Shown piece after piece: positions 10,618-20,103 of a DNA stretch of 64,000 nt. The DNA is taken from positions 544,001-608,000 of the forward strand of contig CAVRJM010000001.1 in NCBI GenBank assembly GCA_963722075.1. The letters run 5' to 3'. Both the position numbers and the translations under genes were made by a program. The DNA is from Candidatus Babeliales bacterium. Lineage in GTDB: Bacteria > Babelota > Babeliae > Babelales > JANWKD01. Within the stretch, counting starts at the first letter, position 1, and each line of letters begins with the position of its first letter. A model generated the notes under the pieces. That model made no database searches. It worked only from the letters and a program-made list of their open reading frames with translations, and had not been told where the DNA came from.

Positions 10618-11142
10618 TTACCTTTCATACGTTGCCATCAGCGTTGCTTTTTCACGTATATGATTGTTCATTGCACTCAATAATTCTTGTTTAGTGACTC
10701 CATCCTTCAGATTCAATGTAGTATCTAACGCATATAATGTAAAATAATAATGATGTGTCCCATGCCCTTTAGGCGGGCACGCGCCTTGATATTTAATTTG
10801 GTTACTAGAATTCATTCCTTGTTGCATTGGTTTGGTTATGTTAGCACCTTCTGGTAAATTGCTAACGGTAGGCTCAATATTATACACCAGCCAATGTACC
10901 CACGTACCACCGGGTGCATCTGGATCATCAACGATCAGCGCTAAACTTTTAGTGCCGTCAGGAATTCCTGACCATTGCAAGGAAGGATTAACTTCATCAC
11001 CTTCGCAGGTATATTTTTTGGGCAACCGATCCCCATCATTAAATACTGAACTGATAAGCTTCATAGGAGCTCCTTTAAGATTATTCACTGGTAATATGCT
11101 TAATATGATAATTAACACAATAGCTGGTTTTTTCATACACAC
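10618..11142 (-). CDS. YbhB/YbcL family (PEBP/Raf kinase inhibitor-like) protein
   Basis: DDPDAPGGTWVHW, Y.GACPP.GHG.HHY.FTLYALD; N-terminal signal peptide. Confidence 0.93.
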   Translation of the reverse strand: MCMKKPAIVLIIILSILPVNNLKGAPMKLISSVFNDGDRLPKKYTCEGDEVNPSLQWSGIPDGTKSLALIVDDPDAPGGTWVHWLVYNIEPTVSNLPEGANITKPMQQGMNSSNQIKYQGACPPKGHGTHHYYFTLYALDTTLNLKDGVTKQELLSAMNNHIREKATLMATYER

Positions 11143-11288
11143 CCTTTCAATTTAACTTTCTGACAATTTACTTTTAATAGTATTAAAACAATTTACAAAG
11201 AAACAAATAATTGTTAAAATTATGTAATTATTAATGATATTATTTAGTGTTTTACTTATTTTACATCCTCAACAGTAAGGAGCTTCTG

Positions 11289-11447
11289 ATGAATCATAGT
11301 TCATCTCGTATCTTTCCTTTTTCTCACACCCTTCAAACTACCCAAACTATTATCATTAATACAGTTATTTTAGTTTCTTCAATGAGTATGTGCTCCTTAT
11401 CAATGTGTGCCAGTATAACCAACGGCGCCTTATCATACGCCTATTAA
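11289..11447 (+). CDS. Putative leader peptide upstream of brnQ
   Basis: AAGGAG RBS, 52-codon ORF with TIIINTVILV run, followed by U-rich tract. Confidence 0.4.
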   Translation: MNHSSSRIFPFSHTLQTTQTIIINTVILVSSMSMCSLSMCASITNGALSYAY

Positions 11448-11524
11448 ATTTTCTTTTTTCTCTATTTTTTAATTTAAATCGATAATGCAAGGTTTTCATT
11501 TAAACCTATAAAGGATATTTTTTT

Positions 11525-12685
11525 ATGAAACGTTTTTTTAAATCGGAAATAATAGCTACTGGTCTTGCTATTTTCTCCATGTTTTTTGGGGCAGGTAATT
11601 TAATTTTTCCGCTCAAAGTTGGTCTTATTGCAGGTGAAAAAAATATATGGGCAATTTCTGGCTTTCTTCTTACCGGTGTTTTATTACCGCTCTTGGGATT
11701 GCTTGTTATTATTCTTTTTAATGGTGATTATAAAGCTTTTTTTCATCGCTTAGGAAAAGCTCCCGGCGACTGCTTTATACTCTTTTGCATGCTCTTTATG
11801 GGCCCGCTGGTTGCGATGCCACGTATTGTAACTTTCTCTCATATTATGGTTGCACCCTTTCTAGGTAATATCTCTTTAGTGCTTTATACTGCTATTTTTT
11901 TGCTATTAACCTTTTTAGGTACCTATAAAGAAAGCCGTATCATCAATTTACTTGGGTATATCATCAGCCCACTGCTTTTACTTTCGTTAGCCATAATTAT
12001 TATAAAAGGATTATTCATTCATAATCAAGCAACAACCGCCTACCTTTCTAATATAAATTTATTTTTAGAAAGTATAAAAATTGGGTATAACACGCTGGAT
12101 GTTATTGGAGCTATTTTCTTTTCTTCAATTGTTATCACCATTTTAAAAGAAAATCTAAAAGATCACTCAGAAAAATCATTAAAGAAATTAGCGATTATGG
12201 GTCTTAAATCGGGTCTTATCGGTGTTTCATTGCTTGCAATTATTTATGTTGGTATGAGCTATTTAGGTGTATTTCACGGATCAGGTCTAGAAAGTTTAAA
12301 TGAAGGAGAACTTTTTAGCGCTATTTCATTTAGAATTTTAGGTTGTCAAGGCGCAATTATTATTGCATTAGCGGTATTCATGGCATGCTATTCAACAATA
12401 GTCGCTTTAACTGCTGTTGTTTCTGAGTATCTACAGCATACTATTTTTAAAAACAAAATAAGTTATCTTAATGCCTTATTAATAGTGCTGTCTGTTACTG
12501 CCATAATTTCCAACTTTGGGCTAGGCTCAATCTTAGCATTCTCTAGACCATTTATTAATGCAGCATACCCAGCATTGATTATGCTTATTATTTGTAATCT
12601 TGCTTACAAAATTTGGGGTTTTAAACCGGTAAAATTGCCGGTATTTATTACCTTAATTATTTCATGCATTTTATTTTTACGATAA
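11525..12685 (+). CDS. brnQ: Branched-chain amino acid:cation symporter (LIVCS)
   Basis: GLAIFSMFFGAGNLIFP, AMPR, GYNTLD; many TM helices. Confidence 0.93.
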   Translation: MKRFFKSEIIATGLAIFSMFFGAGNLIFPLKVGLIAGEKNIWAISGFLLTGVLLPLLGLLVIILFNGDYKAFFHRLGKAPGDCFILFCMLFMGPLVAMPRIVTFSHIMVAPFLGNISLVLYTAIFLLLTFLGTYKESRIINLLGYIISPLLLLSLAIIIIKGLFIHNQATTAYLSNINLFLESIKIGYNTLDVIGAIFFSSIVITILKENLKDHSEKSLKKLAIMGLKSGLIGVSLLAIIYVGMSYLGVFHGSGLESLNEGELFSAISFRILGCQGAIIIALAVFMACYSTIVALTAVVSEYLQHTIFKNKISYLNALLIVLSVTAIISNFGLGSILAFSRPFINAAYPALIMLIICNLAYKIWGFKPVKLPVFITLIISCILFLR

Positions 12686-12758
12686 AAAAGTTGTAAAAAA
12701 ACTGATTTTTCTTACAATTATTGCATTAGTCTAACATATCAAATGCATGTGAGTATTT

Positions 12759-12926
12759 ATGAATAAAAAACACACTGGTTTATTTTTACTATGTAGTTTC
12801 GCAATAATAACATTATCAGTTGGTTGCAGAAGAAGCAGCCAAGAAGTTGTTATTGTTGAAGAACAACGAGTATCCGGTCCTCTTTCAGATAATGATGTTA
12901 CTTGGTCTAAGGAAGATTACCGATAA
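12759..12926 (+). CDS. Small lipoprotein (55 aa, absent from ORF track)
   Basis: MNKKHTGLFLLCSFAIITLSVGC-RRSSQE...: basic N-region, hydrophobic core, lipobox-like SVGC. Confidence 0.7.
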   Translation: MNKKHTGLFLLCSFAIITLSVGCRRSSQEVVIVEEQRVSGPLSDNDVTWSKEDYR

Positions 12927-12936
12927 AATATACCTC

Positions 12937-13014
12937 TTGTCATTACGAGGCTTTTAGCCGTGGTAATCCAGAAAATGGGTCACCACGGTGCCCAAATGCA
13001 CTTCGTGATGACAA
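12937..13014. repeat. RPE/REP-like palindromic repeat doublet
   Basis: TTGTCATTACGAGG..CGTGGTAATCCA gaaaa TGGGTCACCACG..CTTCGTGATGACAA. Confidence 0.8.
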
Positions 13015-13041
13015 AATATCAACTTCCCTTTAATTTTTTAA

Positions 13042-13173
13042 GGAGGTACAAACGCTTTTCCTTTATGCTTCAAGTCTCTACATGCTTAGTCTTTACATAC
13101 AACCCTCCAAAAGACGAATGTATACGCAAACGGCATGCTGCTTCAAACATTTTTGGAAACTATCCATACCTCC
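13042..13173 (-). ncRNA. Candidate structured ncRNA (long imperfect rod)
   Basis: Minus strand nested pairings GGAGGTA/TACCTCC, TTTCC/GGAAA, ATGTTT/AAGCAT, GCATGC/GCATGT, TACAT/ATGTA; no convincing ORF. Confidence 0.4.
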
Positions 13174-13322
13174 AATTTATAGAATCTTCATGGCAAATAA
13201 GCAGGAATAACCTTCATTTTATTAAGCTATAACCGCTATAAGATATCACTGATCTCTATTATAACTCTACCAACTATCATTTCTATTTGTCAATAATTAA
13301 GCAATTTGCCATTAATGACTAA

Positions 13323-13350
13323 TTGACTATTACTAAATAATTGATAAAAT
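13323..13350 (+). promoter_or_regulatory. Sigma70-like promoter conserved upstream of paralogs 1 and 2
   Basis: TTGACT-16nt-TAAAAT with TG extension; same motif at about 15879-15906. Confidence 0.55.
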
Positions 13351-13384
13351 AATAATATATATATAAAACTTTATGGAGATTTTC

Positions 13385-15793
13385 ATGAATTATAGGTATT
13401 TTATTCTTCTTTTTACCTTCATTGGGCTTTCTTATTCTGTCATTTTTCCAGGCCGCTTTAATATCTACCTAAAAAATAATACTAGAATGCGTGCTTTATT
13501 TTCATCTCGGAATAGCCTTATTTCTAGCAGCGTTTTCCGTAATTCGTTATTGAAGAAAATAAAACCTTCCTTAAAGAAATTTGATTATCTAAAACGTTTT
13601 TTTACTATAGGTGTGGGATTCGCAGGATATTCCTTAGCAACCTTACCTTACATCGATACATCTCATATAAAGATTTCATTGGAACAATTTAAAAAAGAAT
13701 TAGAAAACCCGCACCGCGTTGCGCACATCATATTATATGATGAAGATCTTTACGAACAATATATTGAATTTATTAATGTTAATTTTTACGAATTAATAAC
13801 CAGTCGCCAAAGAGTCAATATTTTTAAGGTGCTTGACCTTCTTATTAAGAATGACAAAGATAATATTAATTATTTTTATGAATCAATTAAAACTAATTTT
13901 AACCATATAGTGGAAACCAAATCTGGGTTATCTTTTCTGCAAAATATTATTGAAAGTCGTTTAACATTAATTGATCGTGGGTCATACAATAAAGGCAAAA
14001 AAACATATTTTTCAACGTATGATAATGATGCCATTATTAATGATTTAGTAGAATTATGTTTTGAACCTAAAAGCGCTTTATATAGATCAATGGAAGGTAT
14101 AAGGATCTTGTGGGATTTCTTATTAATTGAAGGAGAAATCTCAAACAAAGCCGGTAAACTAATTTTTATGAAACTCAATAGGTTTAATGATTATTGCTTT
14201 CCCTATCTGGATAGATTACCCCTTGATTACTTAAAGGAAACAGTTACTCATCATGAGCTAAAAGAAATTGTTAATGGATTATTAATAAATACACCACGGG
14301 TCTCATGGTTAGCCCAAATTTTATGGGTGATTAAGCATATCAATGAAGAAACACCAGTTTTAATCAAAGAAATGTTTCTCGAATCCATAAAAAAATCTAT
14401 TCCGATGCCCTATTTAACAGAGGGATGTATTGATCGGCTACTTAAGCCTAATGACCAAAGTGTTTTAATTCCTCTTCTTATGGATAACATTGCGCTCGCA
14501 GCTCAATCACCAGGACTAGCAAATTTAATTACTAGTCACCTAAAAAATAATCCTCAATTAGCATCTCAGTTTTGCAAAACAATAATTAACTTTTGGAATA
14601 AAATAGAAGATTTCCCCTATGCCTTTAAGCTTGCTCAACACTGCATAATTCATGATACAACCACCATTCCATTTTTTATTTCACAGATTAAACCTTCCTC
14701 CAATCTTCAATATCTAGAAGTTGTTTGCATAAATGCTTCCGGTAATAAGGATTTAAAAAACAAATTAGAAGAAGTAATGGAGTCGAATAGTCTTAATAAT
14801 TTTGAAAAAATCGCACGACTTATTAGTTATAGTTATTACTGTACCCATGATTCACACTCATTACTTTCCAAAATTCCTTCGGGTCCAACCAAAAGACATC
14901 TTATTCAAAATAAACATTTGTTTTTAAGCAGCCAAGTGCTTTCTTTTTATTCAAATAACAAAGAACTCAGCGCATTTGCTAATGCTATAATGACATATGA
15001 GGGATTATTACAAAATAATTATTATACGTTTGTACATGGCCAAAAAAGTTGTTATTTATTACCGGAACTTCTTTACACCTTCCTTAATAAAATTAAATAT
15101 GATACCCATACTCATCAGGATTTTATCTATTTACACGTTAAAAAATTAAATAACGATCTGAAAAGTGAAAAACAATTACGCAAATCTATTTTAAAAAATG
15201 GAAGGGGCTTAAGTAATCATCCTTTCCTCTTGTTCACCAATTACACTTTATTTGGTAATGAAATGCATGGAGGGGAAAATACAGCGAAGTATATTGCAGT
15301 CAATGCTAATCAAACTGATGTAGAATTAAATTTTGATGAAATTTTTTATAATCATGATTTACCTCATGATATTTATAATAAATATAAAGCTCGTTTAGAG
15401 CATCTTCAACGAGAATATTTACAATTGACTCCCTATGGCACCTGTATTCTAATTGCAATTCCAAAAGTCACCGCACATAAACATGTTTATTTAACACTGC
15501 CAGAGGGATATAAAAATAGCCTTGAATTTAAAAATGGCATTACAACTAATGACATGCAACTTTTTATGAAAAAATTGGAAAAGTCGCCAGAACTTATTAA
15601 AAACACTGATGAACTTATATTTTGCATCCCCATGACTACCGATAAAAATGGCGGCTTAAACCCAGAAAGCGGTATCAAAGTTTTTCCTTTTAGCGCAGCT
15701 AATCCATCAGCTTTAGATGCCTGGTACGCACAAGTACATGCGCTATTTGATGAAATATCGGAGGATATTAAAAATCATGGCCACAACAATTAA
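13385..15793 (+). CDS. Exported effector-like protein, paralog 1 (putative ADP-ribosyltransferase-like C-terminal domain)
   Basis: GGAG RBS before MNYRYF; signal peptide, basic Ser-rich segment, short TM; C-terminal YYTFVHGQ..LLFTN..FCIPMTTDKNGGLNPESGIK shared with two downstream genes. Confidence 0.85.
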   Translation: MNYRYFILLFTFIGLSYSVIFPGRFNIYLKNNTRMRALFSSRNSLISSSVFRNSLLKKIKPSLKKFDYLKRFFTIGVGFAGYSLATLPYIDTSHIKISLEQFKKELENPHRVAHIILYDEDLYEQYIEFINVNFYELITSRQRVNIFKVLDLLIKNDKDNINYFYESIKTNFNHIVETKSGLSFLQNIIESRLTLIDRGSYNKGKKTYFSTYDNDAIINDLVELCFEPKSALYRSMEGIRILWDFLLIEGEISNKAGKLIFMKLNRFNDYCFPYLDRLPLDYLKETVTHHELKEIVNGLLINTPRVSWLAQILWVIKHINEETPVLIKEMFLESIKKSIPMPYLTEGCIDRLLKPNDQSVLIPLLMDNIALAAQSPGLANLITSHLKNNPQLASQFCKTIINFWNKIEDFPYAFKLAQHCIIHDTTTIPFFISQIKPSSNLQYLEVVCINASGNKDLKNKLEEVMESNSLNNFEKIARLISYSYYCTHDSHSLLSKIPSGPTKRHLIQNKHLFLSSQVLSFYSNNKELSAFANAIMTYEGLLQNNYYTFVHGQKSCYLLPELLYTFLNKIKYDTHTHQDFIYLHVKKLNNDLKSEKQLRKSILKNGRGLSNHPFLLFTNYTLFGNEMHGGENTAKYIAVNANQTDVELNFDEIFYNHDLPHDIYNKYKARLEHLQREYLQLTPYGTCILIAIPKVTAHKHVYLTLPEGYKNSLEFKNGITTNDMQLFMKKLEKSPELIKNTDELIFCIPMTTDKNGGLNPESGIKVFPFSAANPSALDAWYAQVHALFDEISEDIKNHGHNN

Positions 15794-15932
15794 TATTATT
15801 ACTTCTGGTAGCTCATCAATACATGAGATGAAATGATTTCTGCTTGTCAATAATTAAGCAACTGCCAGCAATATTTAATTGACTATTACTTAATTACTGG
15901 TAAAATAAAAAATAGATATTATGGAGGTTTTC

Positions 15933-17963
15933 ATGAATTATAGGTATTTTATTCTTCTTTTTACCCTTATTGGGCTTACTTATTCCGTCACTTTTCCTGG
16001 CCGTTTTAGCACCTATCTAAAACATAATGCTACCAAAATGCGCGCTTTATTTTCATCTGGGATTAGTTCCAGTTCTTCCGGTATTTTCAATAAGAAAAAG
16101 TTGTTTGAAAAATTAGCAGAAACAAAGTATTTTTTTTCATCTAAAAAATCTGATTATATTAAACCTTTTTTTACTCTGGGTATGGGAATAACGGGATACA
16201 CTATTGCAACATCACCCACTTCTACCGATTCTCATAAAAAAATTTCATTGGGACAATTAAAAATGGAATTAAATAATACTGATCAGGTTACACAAACAAT
16301 ATTATACGATGAAGTTCTTTATAAAGAATATATTGATCTTATTAATACGCATTTCTATGAATTAATAACCAGCGAACAAAGAAATAATCTTTTTACAGTA
16401 ATCACTAATCTAATCCACAACGATAGGGATAATATTGATTATTTCCTTACCTCAATAATAACAAATTTAAAATATATAATAGATGATTACCCAAGCCCCG
16501 GGATAACTTTTATACACAATATTTTTAAAAGTCGTTTATCATGGTTTGATTATTTTTTATTTATAATAGGTAGGCTCCCCCCTGACTTAAAATTAAAATA
16601 TGATAATGATAAAGTTTGTAAAGATCTAGTCGATGCTTTTGAAAATTTATTCACTAGTCTTGTAGATAATATTGCTATTACTGCTCATTCCGCCCCTCAA
16701 TTGCTTGGACTGATTACGCCGCTAATAGCTGATTTAGTCCCTCATTTTTGTGAGCAAGTAGTGCTTCATTGGAATCAGATACAAGAATCGCCTATTTCAT
16801 ATAAGCTTGCTGAATACTGTATTCTTCATGACCCATCTACTATTTCATTTTTCAGTACGCAGATCAAACCAACCTCCTCTATTCAATTTATAGAAGTGGT
16901 CAACAGATACGCACCTTGTGATAAAAATATAAAAAAATCATTAAAACAACTAGCAAAAGACGATTATGCCCATGATTTTGAAAAAATTGCACGATTACTC
17001 AGCTATAATGCTTATTGTACTAAGGACTCCTGCTCATTAATTTCTAAAATTAATTCCAGCTCAACCAAAAATCATCTTACTGAAAATCCAAGCACCTTAT
17101 CTAAAAGCCCTGTACTGAGCGCTTATGCAAATAATAAAGAATTAAGTGCATTAGCAAATACAATAATGTCATATGAGCAATCTCTGCAAAATAACTATTA
17201 CACCTTCGTACATGGCCAAAAGAGTTGTTATTTATTACCCGAATTATTAAACACTCATTTCTATAAGATTAGGAATAATGATAATGACCAGCATAACTTT
17301 ATCTATTTACATGTTAAGGAATTAAATAAAAGCACAAAGGCTGAAAAACAATTACGTAAGTCAATTTTAAAAAATGGCAGAGGGCGTAACAATAGGCCTT
17401 ATCTTTTATTTGCCAATCGGGCTCTTTTTGGTAATGAAACAAATCCAGGATCAAATACAGCAGGATATATTTTAGAAAATGATAATGTAGGCAATGTACA
17501 ATTACGCTTTGAAGAGATTTTTAAAAACCATCATTTATCTGAAAATTTTTATAACAAATATAAAACACGTTTAGAGCATCTACAGCAAGAATATTCGCAG
17601 CTTACTCCGTATGGCACTTGTATGCTCATTGCAATTCCAAAAGAAACCATTCATAAACATGTTTATTTAGCAATTCCAGGCGGTTATAAAAAGGCTATTA
17701 CATTGAAATCTGGCACTTCTATTCATGATATTAGGGACATCATGGCAATAGTTCAAAAAGCACCCGAGCTCATCATTGATACTGATCAACTTGAATTCTG
17801 CATACCCATGACTACTGATAAAAATGGGGGCTTAAACCCGGAAAGCGGTATTAAAATATTTCCATTCAGCGCTGCCAACACCAGCGCCTTAGATGCATGG
17901 TACGCTCAAGTGCATGCATTATTTGATGAGATAAAGAAGGATATTGAACAACATGCTCAATAA
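15933..17963 (+). CDS. Exported effector-like protein, paralog 2
   Basis: Near-identical N-terminus to paralog 1; lacks part of the central helical region; same C-terminal domain with QLE motif. Confidence 0.85.
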   Translation: MNYRYFILLFTLIGLTYSVTFPGRFSTYLKHNATKMRALFSSGISSSSSGIFNKKKLFEKLAETKYFFSSKKSDYIKPFFTLGMGITGYTIATSPTSTDSHKKISLGQLKMELNNTDQVTQTILYDEVLYKEYIDLINTHFYELITSEQRNNLFTVITNLIHNDRDNIDYFLTSIITNLKYIIDDYPSPGITFIHNIFKSRLSWFDYFLFIIGRLPPDLKLKYDNDKVCKDLVDAFENLFTSLVDNIAITAHSAPQLLGLITPLIADLVPHFCEQVVLHWNQIQESPISYKLAEYCILHDPSTISFFSTQIKPTSSIQFIEVVNRYAPCDKNIKKSLKQLAKDDYAHDFEKIARLLSYNAYCTKDSCSLISKINSSSTKNHLTENPSTLSKSPVLSAYANNKELSALANTIMSYEQSLQNNYYTFVHGQKSCYLLPELLNTHFYKIRNNDNDQHNFIYLHVKELNKSTKAEKQLRKSILKNGRGRNNRPYLLFANRALFGNETNPGSNTAGYILENDNVGNVQLRFEEIFKNHHLSENFYNKYKTRLEHLQQEYSQLTPYGTCMLIAIPKETIHKHVYLAIPGGYKKAITLKSGTSIHDIRDIMAIVQKAPELIIDTDQLEFCIPMTTDKNGGLNPESGIKIFPFSAANTSALDAWYAQVHALFDEIKKDIEQHAQ

Positions 17964-19998
17964 AAAATTAATAATTTTATTACTTATTATTTCTTGTGGT
18001 TCATCATTACCTGCGATGAATTATTTTCATTGGGCTAAAAAGAAGCTAACACCGCGATCACTTTTTTCGTTAGTTTATAAACACGAGAACTATGGGTTCA
18101 AGGGAAATCAAATTACTCCTAGAAGGTCATTTTTCAATTACGCAAGAACCCCATTAAGTCGTTTTTATCAAAGAGATACCTTATTATCCAAAACATTTTT
18201 CACTATAGGTACTGCTCTGGGGTTAGGGATATATAAGCATGCATATGCAGTGGATGAAAGACCCTTAGGTTGTGAACCTGTAACAGGTTCTAATTATGCA
18301 TGGCATCCTCTTATTCCGGAAGATATCCCGATAACTTTAGACAATTTTATAAAGTATCTTGAATCTTTAGACAACAAAAGCTTTGCTGATGAAGCAACAA
18401 GAAATAATGACATCCAAACCCAATATGAATCGCTCATTGGTAACAATTTTAAAGAATTGCTTACGGGCAACCATCGTCAAAAATTTTTATTATTTCTTAA
18501 ATACTTTATTCAAAAAAGTAATGAAAAAAATCTACTACAAAAGATAGCGCTCCATCTAGAAGATCTTTTATCAGATTACGAAGGGCATTGTGTAATAGAT
18601 AATGCATTTATACCTTCTGATTACCAGTCAGTAACTTATTTTTTACCATACTTATTTGATAACTTAGCACTCTGTGCACAAACAGAAAAATTAATGTATT
18701 TAATACGAGAAAGTTATTACTTTTTCGGTCAATTATCCCATACCTATAAATCAATGGGATATTCACCGGATATCCATCAATTACTGCAAAGCCTTCCTAG
18801 GCGATTAAAAGAACAATGGAACTCGGTACATACGAAACCTTATGCATATTTATTATTACAAAATGCTATTTCATTAGAACCTTCTTTACTCGACTTTTTT
18901 TTACAAAATATTGATTACACTACACATTTTAAGGTAATAAAATCATTGAATAAGTTAGCCCCTTGTAATATACATCTTAAAAATAATTTGATTAATCATA
19001 CTGAAAATGATCAAATAATCGATTTTCCTTTACTTATGAAGTTATTAGCCTATAGCAGCAGCTGCCCAAACGATAATGCGCTGTTGAATCGTTTACCTAA
19101 AACTATGACGGTCAAACATTTAAATCAAAATAAACATATGGTTAACAGTCTTATTGTTCCCAACTATATTGATAATACTGAATTAACTAGAATGGTGAAT
19201 GCCATTATTGCTCAAGAGAACACATTAAAAGAGAATTATTATACATTTATACATGGGCAACGAAGTAGTTATTTACTTGCTGAGCATCTTTATACGTTTT
19301 TAAAGCAACAACATTCAAATGATAATCCGGAATTCCTCTACTTACATGTTAATAAAGAAGTTAATGATAAAAAAACCGAAAAGAAATTACGAAAATATTT
19401 GCTTGCTAATGGTAGAAATAATGATGAAGATAGACAACGAATTCTGTTTGTAAATTATGCCTTATTTGCTAACGACACAAATTCCGGGTCAAACTCTGCT
19501 CATTATATCATACAAAACCATAACGTAGGCGCTATATCCATATCATTTGAAGAAATTTTTAAAAATAACAATATTGAACATTTATATTTTAAGTATCAAA
19601 GCCGTTTGAGACAATTGTATAACGAATATAAATCACTTAACCAATATGGTACCTGTATTTTAATTGCTGTACCAAAATCAACCATTCATAAACATCTCTA
19701 TACGGCTGTATCTGGCGGCGGTAAGCGTGCAGTAGATATTAAAGGACATGGTTATACTTATGATATCCGATTAATCTTGAAAACAATTGAAGAATCTCCT
19801 GAGCTTATTAAAGATACTGATCAATTAGAATTTTGTATCCCCATGACAACCGATAAAAATGGCGGATTAAACCCTGAAAGCGGTATTAAGATTTTTCCTT
19901 TTAGCGCTGCTAATCCAAGTGCTTTAGATGCCTGGTATGCACAAGTACATGCATTATTTGATGAAATACAAAAAGATATACAAAGCAATGCCCAATGA
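17953..19998 (+). CDS. Exported effector-like protein, paralog 3
   Basis: Signal peptide ending SLPA then Met; Arg-rich segment; FFTIGTALGLGIY; YYTFIHGQ..ILFVN..QLEFCIPMTTDKNGG. Confidence 0.85.
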   Translation: MLNKKLIILLLIISCGSSLPAMNYFHWAKKKLTPRSLFSLVYKHENYGFKGNQITPRRSFFNYARTPLSRFYQRDTLLSKTFFTIGTALGLGIYKHAYAVDERPLGCEPVTGSNYAWHPLIPEDIPITLDNFIKYLESLDNKSFADEATRNNDIQTQYESLIGNNFKELLTGNHRQKFLLFLKYFIQKSNEKNLLQKIALHLEDLLSDYEGHCVIDNAFIPSDYQSVTYFLPYLFDNLALCAQTEKLMYLIRESYYFFGQLSHTYKSMGYSPDIHQLLQSLPRRLKEQWNSVHTKPYAYLLLQNAISLEPSLLDFFLQNIDYTTHFKVIKSLNKLAPCNIHLKNNLINHTENDQIIDFPLLMKLLAYSSSCPNDNALLNRLPKTMTVKHLNQNKHMVNSLIVPNYIDNTELTRMVNAIIAQENTLKENYYTFIHGQRSSYLLAEHLYTFLKQQHSNDNPEFLYLHVNKEVNDKKTEKKLRKYLLANGRNNDEDRQRILFVNYALFANDTNSGSNSAHYIIQNHNVGAISISFEEIFKNNNIEHLYFKYQSRLRQLYNEYKSLNQYGTCILIAVPKSTIHKHLYTAVSGGGKRAVDIKGHGYTYDIRLILKTIEESPELIKDTDQLEFCIPMTTDKNGGLNPESGIKIFPFSAANPSALDAWYAQVHALFDEIQKDIQSNAQ

Positions 19999-20103
19999 TT
20001 TCTAGGTAATAGAAAAAATATTTAAAAATACGATAATTCGATTATAATAATTTCTAGAATCCATTAAATTGTTTATATTCTCATAACCTAAAGAAAGCAT
20101 TAT

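Noticed and set aside
13042..13173. SRP RNA (GAAGCAGC motif)
   Set aside because: Lacks the helix-8 CAGG..GNRA arrangement
13385..19998. Diversity-generating retroelement target array
   Set aside because: No reverse transcriptase or template repeat in the window; differences between copies are mostly synonymous and not adenine-specific
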